Virus record (IMG/VR): IMGVR_UViG_3300036818_000088
Location: 1-64,000 of that record
Source of the DNA: a virus
DNA: 64,000 bases
Reading direction: 5' to 3' (one strand)
Numbering within the stretch: position 1 is the stretch's first letter; every line of letters starts with the position of its first letter. A model generated the notes under the pieces. That model ran no database searches. It was given only the letters and a program-made list of their open reading frames with translations, and was not told the origin of the DNA. Shown piece by piece: positions 47,051-57,097 of the stretch. Position numbers and translations under genes: made by a program.

Positions 47051-48691
47051 GTGAGCGGCGTGACCAAGACCTGCCCCAACTGCGGCCATGAACACGACAA
47101 GAAGGTCACGAAATGCGAGTCCTGTGGCGGCGACATGTCGAAGGCCAAGGAGGAGGTCGAGCCGCAGGGCCTCGAAGAGGGAGCGGTTCTCCCCGATAGC
47201 GACCTGCTGCCGGTCGTCGAGTCCCAAGCGACGCTGATCGTTCCGAAAAAGGGCAAGGTCTTCGAGCAGCGCAAGGTGGAGATCGCCGGTCGCGTGCAAG
47301 AGGTCAACGTCGGGCGCTTCGCGATCATCCGGCCATGCATGAGCCGGGGCCGGCGCATCCGCGGCCTCGCTCCGATCTATGAGGCTTCGATGCTGGCCGA
47401 GTCCGCCGGTGTCTTCGGCGGCTGGCCGATGTACGCCGATCACATCACCGAGCAGCTCAAAGAGGCGATCTACGAATCGCTGATGGAGGAACTCGGCGAG
47501 GAGAAGGTCAAGGCGTTGGAGGGCCGACTGCGTGAGGCCGGCCGCTCGATCAAAGACCTCGGCGGCCGACTGTTGAAGACATGGTTCGATCCTGAACTTG
47601 TGATGGAGCACGACGCTGAACGCGGCTATCGCAAGGGCGGGATCGTCGGCGATGTGGTGCCCCAGCCCTTCATCCACGAGATGTTCGAGGCCGACCCCGG
47701 AGTGCTCAACGTGTCGATCAACGCTTGGCCCCGTCGGGTCAAAGTCGGCCGCCCGAGCTGGGACAACTCCCAGAAGGGTGCGGTCATCGAGGGCATCGCC
47801 GCCAAGCCGATGGGTTCGGTCGACTTCGTGTTCCTCGGTGGTGCAGGGGGCGCGCCGATCACAGAGCACGAGCGCCAGGTTGCGGTATCCGTTTTGGCGA
47901 GCACCTATCCTTCGCCGCGCGAAAGGAATCAAGGAGACGAAATGCCTAAAAAACTCGCCGAGATGAGCACCGCAGAGGTCCGGGTGCTGCCAAAGCCCAA
48001 GCTGCTTGAACTGCTCAAGGAGGAAGGTGGCGAGTCGGTTGCCGAGACGATCGCCGAGGCGATCCAGCTAGGCAACTCCGGCAACGGTGGCTCCGGTTCG
48101 GGCAGCGACTCCGGCGCTCTCAGCGAGGACGCGGTCCAGGAGATGCTCGCCGAGCACGAGCGCAAACTTCGCGAGGGCTTCGATGAGAGCCTCAAAGCGG
48201 CCCGCGAGGAAGGCGACAAAGAGCTGCGCGAGCGCGAGGATGCGCGCGCCCTCGAAAGCGTCGCCCACGATCTGCTCGCAGAGGCCGCTACCAACGGCTT
48301 CCCCCAGGCTTGGGTCGACCAGCTCAAGCCTCGCTACACCGTCACCACCGCTGGCATCGGCTCGGGCTTGAAGCTCGCCGAGTCCGACCTGACCAACGGC
48401 GAAGGCGAGAAAGTCAACGCCGAGGATGCCATGCGCGAGCGCGTCAAGGCCGACATCGCCGAGGCGATCAAGCTGATCGAGGCCGGTGGCGGCAAGCCGC
48501 GGGTCAAGGGCTTCGGCGCCAGCGCCCCCGACCCACAGGGCGAGGGCAAAGACAAAGAGGGCAGCGGCAAGAGCCTCATACAAGAGGCCGACAGCGACGC
48601 CTTCATCGGGTTCCTGCGGGAGTCCGGGGATGTCACGGGCAACAAGGACACAGACGAGGCGGCCTTCGCCGGGATGTTTGGAGGGAGCTAG
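47051..48691 (+). CDS. Prohead protease / scaffold fusion
   Basis: MYADH, RSIKDLGG, VSINA, SVDFV..GAGG; coiled-coil C-half; leaderless GTG after TATCAT. Confidence 0.8.
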   Translation: MSGVTKTCPNCGHEHDKKVTKCESCGGDMSKAKEEVEPQGLEEGAVLPDSDLLPVVESQATLIVPKKGKVFEQRKVEIAGRVQEVNVGRFAIIRPCMSRGRRIRGLAPIYEASMLAESAGVFGGWPMYADHITEQLKEAIYESLMEELGEEKVKALEGRLREAGRSIKDLGGRLLKTWFDPELVMEHDAERGYRKGGIVGDVVPQPFIHEMFEADPGVLNVSINAWPRRVKVGRPSWDNSQKGAVIEGIAAKPMGSVDFVFLGGAGGAPITEHERQVAVSVLASTYPSPRERNQGDEMPKKLAEMSTAEVRVLPKPKLLELLKEEGGESVAETIAEAIQLGNSGNGGSGSGSDSGALSEDAVQEMLAEHERKLREGFDESLKAAREEGDKELREREDARALESVAHDLLAEAATNGFPQAWVDQLKPRYTVTTAGIGSGLKLAESDLTNGEGEKVNAEDAMRERVKADIAEAIKLIEAGGGKPRVKGFGASAPDPQGEGKDKEGSGKSLIQEADSDAFIGFLRESGDVTGNKDTDEAAFAGMFGGS

Positions 48692-48694
48692 CAG

Positions 48695-49450
48695 ATGTAC
48701 GATGAGCCAGGCGGGCGTGTTCGCGTCCAGAACTTGACCGGGAAAGCGATCCCGAATGGTGCCCCGGCCTACCTCGGCGGCCATGTCGGCTTCGTCGGGA
48801 AGAACACCCAGCTCGACCGCTGGGTGAAACCCGGCTCCGAAGAAGCCACTCACGTCATGGACAAAGAGTGGTGCGTGATGTTCGTAATCGACAAACACGA
48901 GTTGGCGCTGGCAGGCCTGCTCGCCACGGCCAGCGTCGGCGACAAGCTCTTCTTCGACGGCGACAGCCAGGAAGTCGTCTTGGCGGCTGGCGCCGGTGCA
49001 AGTGCGGCCAACGAGAAACAGTCGGTCAAAATCGAGGCGACCGGCGGCACATCGAAGTGGACCGTCCCCGTCTTCGAGGATCCCGCCGAACAGACGGGCA
49101 AAATCAAATGGGACGCGACCGCGAAAGAAGTGCAGGAAGCGCTCGATGCCCTGCCCGGTCTCAACCCCGGCGATGTCGTCGTCACTGGCGGCCCCGGCGA
49201 CGCCACTGGCACCACGCCCTACATCCTTACCTTCGGAGGCCGACTGGCCGACACCGATGTCGCCGCGACCACCGTCGACACCACCGAACTCACCGGCGAA
49301 AAAAAAGCGACGATCACCACCTCGACTGCTGGCGCCGGCAGTGCCGACACGGTGATGCCGCTCGGCGTCGTGGACGTGATCGACACCTCGCGCTCTCCAT
49401 CGGTGGCCCTCGTCAACTGCTCTGACCTCAAGCCCTTCCTGACCAGCTAA
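48695..49450 (+). CDS. Capsid cement/decoration protein (DUF2190-like) with inserted beta domain
   Basis: Between scaffold and capsid; ATGGT..DATAKEVQEALDAL..VVVTGGP. Confidence 0.55.
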   Translation: MYDEPGGRVRVQNLTGKAIPNGAPAYLGGHVGFVGKNTQLDRWVKPGSEEATHVMDKEWCVMFVIDKHELALAGLLATASVGDKLFFDGDSQEVVLAAGAGASAANEKQSVKIEATGGTSKWTVPVFEDPAEQTGKIKWDATAKEVQEALDALPGLNPGDVVVTGGPGDATGTTPYILTFGGRLADTDVAATTVDTTELTGEKKATITTSTAGAGSADTVMPLGVVDVIDTSRSPSVALVNCSDLKPFLTS

Positions 49451-49467
49451 GGAGACAACTGCACCAC

Positions 49468-50592
49468 ATGGGACTTCTCACTACAGCTAAAGGGCGATGG
49501 GGCAACTGGGGCAAGCACCTGGAGATGATGGAGGCGTTTGAGAGCTTCCGCAAAAACCCCCGCGTCCTTGAGGGCCTCTTCGGCAAGGAGGGCTATGAGG
49601 CCCTGCTGCAAGAGGGCAGCGGCGCACCCGAAGCCCGCGTGGACTTCCCGATCTTCCTGCAAACGGTCGTGCACCACCGCATCCGCGAGCGCTTCAAGAC
49701 GATGGCATCGGAATGGGAAAAGTTCGTTGGCATCGAGTCCGCTCAGGACTTCCGCGAGCACACAGTCAGCTCGCTCGGCGCGATCCGCGGCTTCCAGCCG
49801 GTCGGTGAGGGCGAACCCTACCCCCGCCTGCGCAGCTCCGAGGAGGAAGGGCCGCCCTTCAGCGTCGGCAAGTGGGGCGGTATCTACGCGCTGACGATGG
49901 AGCTCGTCATCAACGACGAAATGGACCGCCTGCTCAACCGCATCCCCGGCGAGCTTGGCGAAGCGGCAGCCGAGTACGTCACTGAACTAATCATCGCCTT
50001 CATCGAGTCCAACCCGACCTACCCGGTGGATTCGCTGCCCTTCTTCCACGAATCGCGGGAAAACAACGTCACCGGCAAATCGGCCGAAGCGACCGAGGAT
50101 AATCTGATGGCCGCAATCGACACGATGAAGCTGCGGCGCAACTCCGAAAACAAGCCGATCACGATCGTCCCTCGGCGCATCCTCGTGCGGAACCCTTCGC
50201 TGAAGGCGAAGTTCGACGCGATGATCCGCTCCCAGACGACCGGCGTGCGCTCCGAGATCACCGCCGAAGGCGCCCCCGGCTTCGCGCCTGGCACCGACAA
50301 CGCCGTCGCCAACGTGCTGCCGCCCGATGCGGTCGTACAGGACTCCTGGCTGAACGCGCCCAACGACTATTACCTCTTCGCCGACGCCCAGAAACGGCCG
50401 GCCTTCGTCGCTGCCTTCCTCAAGGGCCAGCGCACCCCGCAGATGTTCCTGCAGGACTCCGGCATGCGCGGAGTCGGCGGTGGCGGCGCGGATCCCTACT
50501 CGATGGACTTCGACGAGATCCCGTACAAGCTGCGACACTTCACTGGCGTCGCGTCGGGTGAGCCCCTCGCGGCAACTCGATTCCAGCCTTAA
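49468..50592 (+). CDS. Major capsid protein (Mu gpT-like HK97 fold)
   Basis: DFPIFL, DFR, VGEGEPY, KWGGIYALTMELVINDE, AFLKGQRTP, YKLRH. Confidence 0.9.
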   Translation: MGLLTTAKGRWGNWGKHLEMMEAFESFRKNPRVLEGLFGKEGYEALLQEGSGAPEARVDFPIFLQTVVHHRIRERFKTMASEWEKFVGIESAQDFREHTVSSLGAIRGFQPVGEGEPYPRLRSSEEEGPPFSVGKWGGIYALTMELVINDEMDRLLNRIPGELGEAAAEYVTELIIAFIESNPTYPVDSLPFFHESRENNVTGKSAEATEDNLMAAIDTMKLRRNSENKPITIVPRRILVRNPSLKAKFDAMIRSQTTGVRSEITAEGAPGFAPGTDNAVANVLPPDAVVQDSWLNAPNDYYLFADAQKRPAFVAAFLKGQRTPQMFLQDSGMRGVGGGGADPYSMDFDEIPYKLRHFTGVASGEPLAATRFQP

Positions 50593-50603
50593 GGAGGCGC
50601 GCC

Positions 50604-51641
50604 TTGACACCCAGCTCGCTCGTTACCGACGTAGCCACGGTCGGCCCCGAAGATGTGGACTCGCCGGGCGAACTGGCGCCGAAAGTCGTCAAGTCCCAGG
50701 AAGCGCACGAGCTGATAAAGCGCGTCCGTGCCAACTATCCGGTCGACCTCGTCGTGGTCGAGTCGCGCGAGGAGGACAGGCCGCGCACTGCCGCCCTTGA
50801 CGCCGATGAGGTTCTGGAGGCGGCCACCGAGGAGTTTGGCGATGACTCGGAGCCGGGTGGCGTGGTCAAGGTGCTGAGCGCCCGCGTGCGTGGCAAGGAC
50901 CAGCCGCTCGCCGAGAAGGCCGTCTGCGTGCTCTGGGAGACCCCCTCTGGCCGCACGGCTCGCGGTGCCTTCGGCTATGCGCCGCTCAGCACTTCGATCG
51001 AGGACTTCGACAGCAAGATCGCCTCGGGCGAGATCACCGAAGTCGACGAGGGCGACGCCAAGGACTTGAAGCGCACGGTCGAGCGTCAAGAGGACCAGAT
51101 CAGGCGGCTCAACCAGCAGCTTGCCTCACAGAGCGGCAGCCACGACTCCGAGTCAGCCGATGTTGAGATCCCAACCGGCAAAGCGAACGAACTCATCAAG
51201 CGCATCCGCGCCGGCGACTTCAGCGCCGAAGATCTCACCGCGCTGCTTGAAGTCGAGCAGGGCGAGAAGACGCCGCGCAACTCAGTGATCGACGCCGCCG
51301 AGAAGGCCCTCGAGCAGCTCAGCCAGGAGTAGCCCCCCGTGGGTTCCTCCACCCGCTACACCGTCCGGCTGGAGGATCCGAACTCCGAGGAGTTCCGCAT
51401 CGTCAACCTCGATGCCTCCTCGCCAGAGCAGGCCAAGGCGCTTTGCGAAGACAAGGAGCGCCAGCTTGTCGCTGTCACGCTCTCCGAAGAGGACCTAGCG
51501 AGCGAGCATGAGCGCTCCGAGCAGCGCGGTCGCCGCACTGGCCGCCTGGTCGCCCATGAGCAGCAGGTGTCCTATGCGGTCGTCTCGGTGAACCCCCGCG
51601 GCGAGCGCCCTGAGCAGCCATCCAATGCCGAGGAGGGCTGA
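50604..51641 (+). CDS. Two hypothetical head-region proteins (50604-51332, 51339-51641)
   Basis: First ends in L..E..KTPRNSVI motif typical of post-capsid genes. Confidence 0.6.
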
Positions 51642-51644
51642 GCC

Positions 51645-52088
51645 TTGGCGATCGAAGTCAAGTGGTTCGGGCTCGGCCTGCTCGACATGCTGGAGGCTCC
51701 ACGCGACCTTGAGGCCGAAACACTGAAGCTGGCCTTGGTCAAAGCGGCCTACACTCCGGATCGCGATACGCAGGACTTCTGGAACGATGTCTCGGGCAAC
51801 GAGCTCGCCGAAGGCAACGGCTATGTGACCGGTGGCAAAACCCTCGCTGGCGTCGCCACTTCCTACGATTCGGCCTCCGATCAGGTTCGCCTCGACTTCA
51901 ACGACGTGACTTGGGAATTCACCGCCTCCCAGAAATGGAAATTCGCGGTCCTCTATATCGACACCGCGGGGGCGTCCTCAACCGACCCGGTGATCGGCCT
52001 GCTGAGCTGGGATTCCGAACAGGCCGTCTCGACCAGTTTCACGCTGGTTATCGACGCCGCCGGGTTGCTGTACATAGATACGACCTGA
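51645..52088 (+). CDS. Putative virion structural protein
   Basis: LKLALV..YTP..GNGYVTGGKTL..DVTW..AVLY. Confidence 0.65.
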   Translation: MAIEVKWFGLGLLDMLEAPRDLEAETLKLALVKAAYTPDRDTQDFWNDVSGNELAEGNGYVTGGKTLAGVATSYDSASDQVRLDFNDVTWEFTASQKWKFAVLYIDTAGASSTDPVIGLLSWDSEQAVSTSFTLVIDAAGLLYIDTT

Positions 52089-52102
52089 TCGAGGGCTGAG
52101 GC

Positions 52103-54691
52103 GTGGCAATCGTCTCGCCCACGTTCGTCCTAGAGGCTGAGACCTCTTGGACGACCACGAACCCAGCATCGCTTGAAAAAGCCCTCGCGGTAGTCGCGGG
52201 CGAACGCATCACTGTCTTGGCGATCGACGAACAGGCCGCCGGCACGCTGGCCTTGGCGATCTCTGGCGGCGGGCTGACCTGGAAAGAAGAGAAACTCAGC
52301 CACCCCGAAGGTGAGTGCTATGTCGTCATATGGACGGCGACGGCGGCGAAAACCGAAACGATCACCATCAAAGTCACGGCGACTGGCAAAGGCCAGTTCG
52401 GGAATATCGGCCGCTGGGGCTTCAATGCATTGGCGTGGAAAGGCTCTGAAGGGATCGGCGCGGTTGTCCTCACGACCGGCTCGGGTGCCCCGCTGGTCAA
52501 AATCAAAACCGGACAGGACAACAGTGCGCTGGTCGTTGTCAACGCCGACTTCGCAGCGAAAAGCGGCTCGACGCGCAAGGCCAGGCCCATCGCTGAGCCG
52601 GGCAAGGCCGTCACCTGCAACGCGGCTACCGATGTCTTCACCTGTACCGCCCACGGCTATCGGGAAAACGATGAGGTCCAGTTCTCAGGGCTCACCGGCG
52701 GCGCTGGGATTACCGCAGGGACGATCTATTACGTCATCGCCTCTGGGCTGGCCGCGAACGAATTCAAGGTCAGCGCGACGCTGGGAGGCACGGCGCTCAA
52801 CGTCACCTCGAACCTGACTGCAGGCACGGTCGCCCGAACCTACGCCGAGCAGACCTACTCGACTACCAGCGGCGCCTACACCGTCTATGGCGGCTTTCAC
52901 GGCAATGTCGGGGCGGCGGGAGAAAAGGAAGTCGGCTTCACCGAACCCACGGGACAGACCTTCACGGCCGTCGCGATCGAGGTCAAGGGAACCAAAACAG
53001 CAGAACCGCCAAGCGTCACCACCGAACCGGCCACCGAAATCGGCCTCATTACCGCGACCTTCAACGGCACGGTCGATCCGAAGGGATTGTCGACGACCTA
53101 CTGGTTCGAGTACGGCACGGATACCAAATACGGCTCAACCACCGAAAAAGTAAAAGGTCTCGAAACCAAAAAAGCTGTCTCGGCCAAAGTCACGGGCCTC
53201 CTCGCCGGCCAGACTTACCACTTCCGCTTGGTCGCCGAAAACAGCGCTGGGATCACCTATGGGCTCGATAGCGAAGAGACAGAGGAAAAAGAACCCGTTA
53301 AAGAGACACCCACCCCGGGTGGTGCCGATGCCAAAGGAACCGCCCCGGTTGCCTCTGCAGCGCTTGTCCAAGATGGCGCCACTGCCACCGGGAGCCAGCC
53401 TGCGCTCTCTGTTCCCGTAGCGGCTGGAGGTGCGCCTGCCAGCGGCACAGAACCCAAAGCACAGGAATCGGCTACCGAGACCCCGGTGCCGGGAGGATCG
53501 ACGGCCTCGGGTATTGGTCCACAGGCAAGCGTCGCAGGGCCGCAGGGAGGCTCTCTTGCCGGTGGCGCAGCGCCAGCTTCGGCAGTTCCAAGCGACAGCG
53601 GAGGCGCTCTCGGCTCCGGCAATGGGGTGGTGCCCGATTACGGCGCGATGCCGATCGCCGGCGAAGCGCAGGCAAACGGAGATGGCCCAAGCGCCACAGC
53701 CGCGGTTCTCGCCGGAGGGGCAGTCGCAGACGGTGCCTCGCCGACAGAGCGCCAGGCCGCCTCGCCCCCGCCGGGAGGCGCTATTGCCAGTGGCCAAGAG
53801 CCAACTGCCGCATCGACTGCCGCGCCGGGGGAAGCCGCCGGGGCTGGCGCAGGGCCTACCGCTGCGACCTCGGTAGCAATCGGTGGGGCCAGTGCGGGCG
53901 GTATCGAGCCGCAGGAGGCCGAAGAAGAAAGCGCATCGCTGCCCTCCGGTGGTGCTGAGGCCGGAGGCTCCGAACCGTCCACCGCTGCTCAGGCCGACTC
54001 AGGCGGCGCATCTGCCGGCGGCCCCGGCCCCGGCGCCGCTGCCTCGCCAGCCCTCGGCGGCGCTCAAGGCGACGGGATTACCCCCGCGACCATCACAATG
54101 GTCGGCCAAGGCGGCGCTATAGCGGCAGGCAACGCTCCCAGCGAGCACGAAACCACAGTCGAGGCCGCAATCCCCGGTGGGGCACTCGCCAATGGCACGG
54201 GGCCGCAGCAGGCCGTAGCGTCGGGAATAGGCGGGGCTGAGGGCGCTGGCCTGCCGGGTAGTGCCGGGGCGGCCTGCGGTCGAGGCGAGGCTGAGGCGGC
54301 TGGGCAAGAGCCCGGCTCCCACGTTCTCGCCATCGCGGTCGCCGGTGGCGCAGATGGTGGCTGGAATCCTCCGGTCGCGCTGATCGCGCTCGGGCCGCGA
54401 GGGTTGGCGCAGGGCGATGGTTCCTCGCCATCCCTCTCGGCACTGGTTGAGTCAGGAGGAGCGCTAGCCGCCGGATACCCGCTCGAAGAAATCACCTCCG
54501 GCACCGTCGTAGGCACTGCGGGACTCAGCGTGGATCCCGCCGGCTCTGCCTCCGTAGGAGACGTGGATACAGGCGCGGCAAGCCTCAGCGCGACACCTGC
54601 GGGCGCTTCCTCTGTGCGGGAAGAGAATGCGGGCGCCGCTACCGTAGGCAGCGAGAAGATGGCCAGCGCGACGACCACCGAGACCCCATGA
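52103..54691 (+). CDS. Long fibre-like virion protein: beta domains, FN3 and about 21 GGAxAxGxxP repeats
   Basis: ATFNGTVDPKG..TYWFEYGT..GLLAGQTYHFRLVAEN; periodic Gly/Ala repeats. Confidence 0.7.
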   Translation: MAIVSPTFVLEAETSWTTTNPASLEKALAVVAGERITVLAIDEQAAGTLALAISGGGLTWKEEKLSHPEGECYVVIWTATAAKTETITIKVTATGKGQFGNIGRWGFNALAWKGSEGIGAVVLTTGSGAPLVKIKTGQDNSALVVVNADFAAKSGSTRKARPIAEPGKAVTCNAATDVFTCTAHGYRENDEVQFSGLTGGAGITAGTIYYVIASGLAANEFKVSATLGGTALNVTSNLTAGTVARTYAEQTYSTTSGAYTVYGGFHGNVGAAGEKEVGFTEPTGQTFTAVAIEVKGTKTAEPPSVTTEPATEIGLITATFNGTVDPKGLSTTYWFEYGTDTKYGSTTEKVKGLETKKAVSAKVTGLLAGQTYHFRLVAENSAGITYGLDSEETEEKEPVKETPTPGGADAKGTAPVASAALVQDGATATGSQPALSVPVAAGGAPASGTEPKAQESATETPVPGGSTASGIGPQASVAGPQGGSLAGGAAPASAVPSDSGGALGSGNGVVPDYGAMPIAGEAQANGDGPSATAAVLAGGAVADGASPTERQAASPPPGGAIASGQEPTAASTAAPGEAAGAGAGPTAATSVAIGGASAGGIEPQEAEEESASLPSGGAEAGGSEPSTAAQADSGGASAGGPGPGAAASPALGGAQGDGITPATITMVGQGGAIAAGNAPSEHETTVEAAIPGGALANGTGPQQAVASGIGGAEGAGLPGSAGAACGRGEAEAAGQEPGSHVLAIAVAGGADGGWNPPVALIALGPRGLAQGDGSSPSLSALVESGGALAAGYPLEEITSGTVVGTAGLSVDPAGSASVGDVDTGAASLSATPAGASSVREENAGAATVGSEKMASATTTETP

Positions 54692-55491
54692 GCCACGACA
54701 TCGGCGATACCAGCCGCCTGCGTCTTGTCGATGTCCTAGACGAGGACGGCAAAGCGGCCGATCCCGGCGAGCTGAAGCTCGAAATCCGGCGCCCCGACGG
54801 AGAAGTGATCGTCCGTGAATGGCCCTCGGGCAGCGAGATCGTCAAAGAGTCGACCGGCAACTTCAACTCGTTGGTGCTCTGGGACGAAGCAGGCGCATGG
54901 GAATACCGCTGGCTCGCCAGCGAAGGCGTCACGGTCAAGGAGGGCGGCACCGTCTATGTCGGCATCGAGACGATGGACACTCCGTTCCCCGACGAAGACT
55001 TCACCGTCGCCGAAGTCTGGGCACGCTCACCGTTGCTGCAGACGCGCTATGTGCGCGGCTCGGGCGATCCCGAGCTGGTCCTGCGCGTCGCCACTGCGGC
55101 ACCGTTGGTCGGCTCGCTGACCGGGCGGATCATCGCCGGCACCGAAGGCGAAGCCGTGTCCGACGGGATGAAAGAGCTGGCGCTGAGCGCGATCGCGATG
55201 AAGACCGAGCAGCTCGACTCCGCCGTCGGTTCGGTGAGCAGTCGCGAAGAGGCGCTCGAACGATCCGCCCTGCGCTCGATCTCGGCGGGGTCATGGAGCG
55301 AGTCCTACTGGGGGCCAGGCGAGGCGGCCCAAGGCAAGCAGCTCGACACCGACCCAACGCTCGCCTCGCTGCTTTGGGCACTCTGCACGGAACAGAAGAA
55401 AGGCGAATGGCTCGAACTCTGGGAGGGCAAGGAAAAGGGCTTCTCGGTGGTCGAGGCCTTCGCGTACAGTCAGAGGCCGGGGGGTTATTGA
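54688..55491 (+). CDS. Ig-like plus head-tail adaptor-like protein
   Basis: IVKESTGNF..AGAWEYRW; SISAGSWSESY. Confidence 0.55.
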   Translation: MSHDIGDTSRLRLVDVLDEDGKAADPGELKLEIRRPDGEVIVREWPSGSEIVKESTGNFNSLVLWDEAGAWEYRWLASEGVTVKEGGTVYVGIETMDTPFPDEDFTVAEVWARSPLLQTRYVRGSGDPELVLRVATAAPLVGSLTGRIIAGTEGEAVSDGMKELALSAIAMKTEQLDSAVGSVSSREEALERSALRSISAGSWSESYWGPGEAAQGKQLDTDPTLASLLWALCTEQKKGEWLELWEGKEKGFSVVEAFAYSQRPGGY

Positions 55492-55650
55492 CCGCTCGCG
55501 CCCGAAAGCCGCCTCGCAAGCTGGTCCTGCCTGACGAGACCTGTCTCGATCGACTGTGGGCACGGCTCAGGGATCGCCCAACCCTTCAGGAGCAAATCGA
55601 GGCTAGGCCGGACACGGTGACTCTTCGGACGCGCAAATGGCCGAAGTAAA

Positions 55651-56025
55651 GTGGCCATCCCCCGTCCACATACCGCCACGCCGGTGCTCTGGGTGCAATC
55701 AGGCGAACGGATCGAGGGTGAGCGCGATGTCTCGATGGAGCTCGGCACGCCCTTCGGCTGCTTCCTGCAACTCCCCGGCGGCGAGGAGGATTCAGGCACT
55801 CCCCGCGGCCGACGCCAAGTCAAACGCCCGACTCTGCTCTTCAACGCCCGTGATCTCATCGGCGAGGTGATCGAACTCTCCAACGCCGACGAACTGCTGG
55901 TCGAAGCGCCGCTGCTCACTGGTCCCGATCCGGTGCGCTGGCAGATCGTCGGCACGCCGGAGTACCTCGCCTCGCCTCGGCGTCTTGTCGGGTTTCAGGC
56001 GCGGCTCAAGCGGGTGGAAGACTAA
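55651..56025 (+). CDS. Putative head-tail stopper
   Basis: Position; WQIVGTP..ARLKRV. Confidence 0.55.
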   Translation: MAIPRPHTATPVLWVQSGERIEGERDVSMELGTPFGCFLQLPGGEEDSGTPRGRRQVKRPTLLFNARDLIGEVIELSNADELLVEAPLLTGPDPVRWQIVGTPEYLASPRRLVGFQARLKRVED

Positions 56026-56245
56026 TGACGATCACCGTCGGCAAGCGCACGCGGTGGAACATGGGCGAGGTGAAAACGCTGCGCGCAGCGGCGGAGATAC
56101 CCGGTGTCAACCTCGCCCGCATCAACACCATCGTCCGGCGCTGCGACGGCGACTTCGACCTCGCCCTGACCGCGTTGACGATGAAGCCCCGGCCCGACTG
56201 GGTTGAGCATTTCTTGACCGCCGACGTAACGGAGGAGAACGGCTT

Positions 56246-56548
56246 TTGAGTGCCGGGGACACACTCCAAGGCCGCCATCTCCCCGACCGCGAGTTCACCC
56301 GCCGGCTAGCCAACCCCGAGGCACCCCCGGTCGCCGACGGCGACTACGGCCGCGTCTACCGCGATGGCCACTATGTCTGGATGTGCTGCACGCCCGGCCA
56401 CCACATCGGCGATCTCTCAGCGCACGCCGTGACCGAATTTGCCGATGGCACGGTCACCGTCGCCCCCTCGATCTTGGTTCACGCGCCAGGCCATGCCGAT
56501 CAGGGCTGGCACGGCTATCTCGAGCGAGGACGCTGGCGCGAGTGCTGA
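56246..56548 (+). CDS. DUF6527-like protein
   Basis: GTVTVAPSIL..WHGYLERGRW. Confidence 0.6.
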   Translation: MSAGDTLQGRHLPDREFTRRLANPEAPPVADGDYGRVYRDGHYVWMCCTPGHHIGDLSAHAVTEFADGTVTVAPSILVHAPGHADQGWHGYLERGRWREC

Positions 56549-56551
56549 CCT

Positions 56552-57097
56552 GTGGGTCTTGAACTAAACCGCCCCGTTTCTTCGCTGTTTGACGAGAGCT
56601 TCGCCGCCGATGTGGCCCGCGAGATCGTCGACCAAGTCGGCGACCGGATGCTCGAGCGGGTCAAGGACCGCACGCCGATCGCCGATCTGCCGCTCGCCTA
56701 TCACGGCGACTTCGCCACATGGATCGAGGATCGCGGCGGTCGCAAGCCTGGCACCCTGCGCGAGCGCTGGCGGCGCACCGGGGTACAGGGGCAGTCCGGC
56801 TCGGGCCTCAAGGTCGTGGTCTTCAACCCCGACCCGGTCACGGTGATGGTCGAGCACAACACGCGCCCCCACCTGATCCGCGCTCACCTGCGAACCCGCG
56901 CCGATGGCGGCACCTACCAAGGCCTGCTGCGCTACCCGCAGGGGGCGAGCTTCCACTTCGCGGTGGAGACGCACCACCCAGGCACGCAGGGCCAGCATTT
57001 CTTGCGAAATACACTCGCCGAAATCGAGGCCGTTTGGCCCGAGATCGGGACGCGCGTCCTCGACCTCTCAATTGTCTTTTACGATGAGCGATACTAG
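56552..57097 (+). CDS. HK97 gp10-like neck protein
   Basis: RTP, GTLRERW, VEHNTRPHLIR, HPGTQGQHFLR. Confidence 0.75.
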   Translation: MGLELNRPVSSLFDESFAADVAREIVDQVGDRMLERVKDRTPIADLPLAYHGDFATWIEDRGGRKPGTLRERWRRTGVQGQSGSGLKVVVFNPDPVTVMVEHNTRPHLIRAHLRTRADGGTYQGLLRYPQGASFHFAVETHHPGTQGQHFLRNTLAEIEAVWPEIGTRVLDLSIVFYDERY

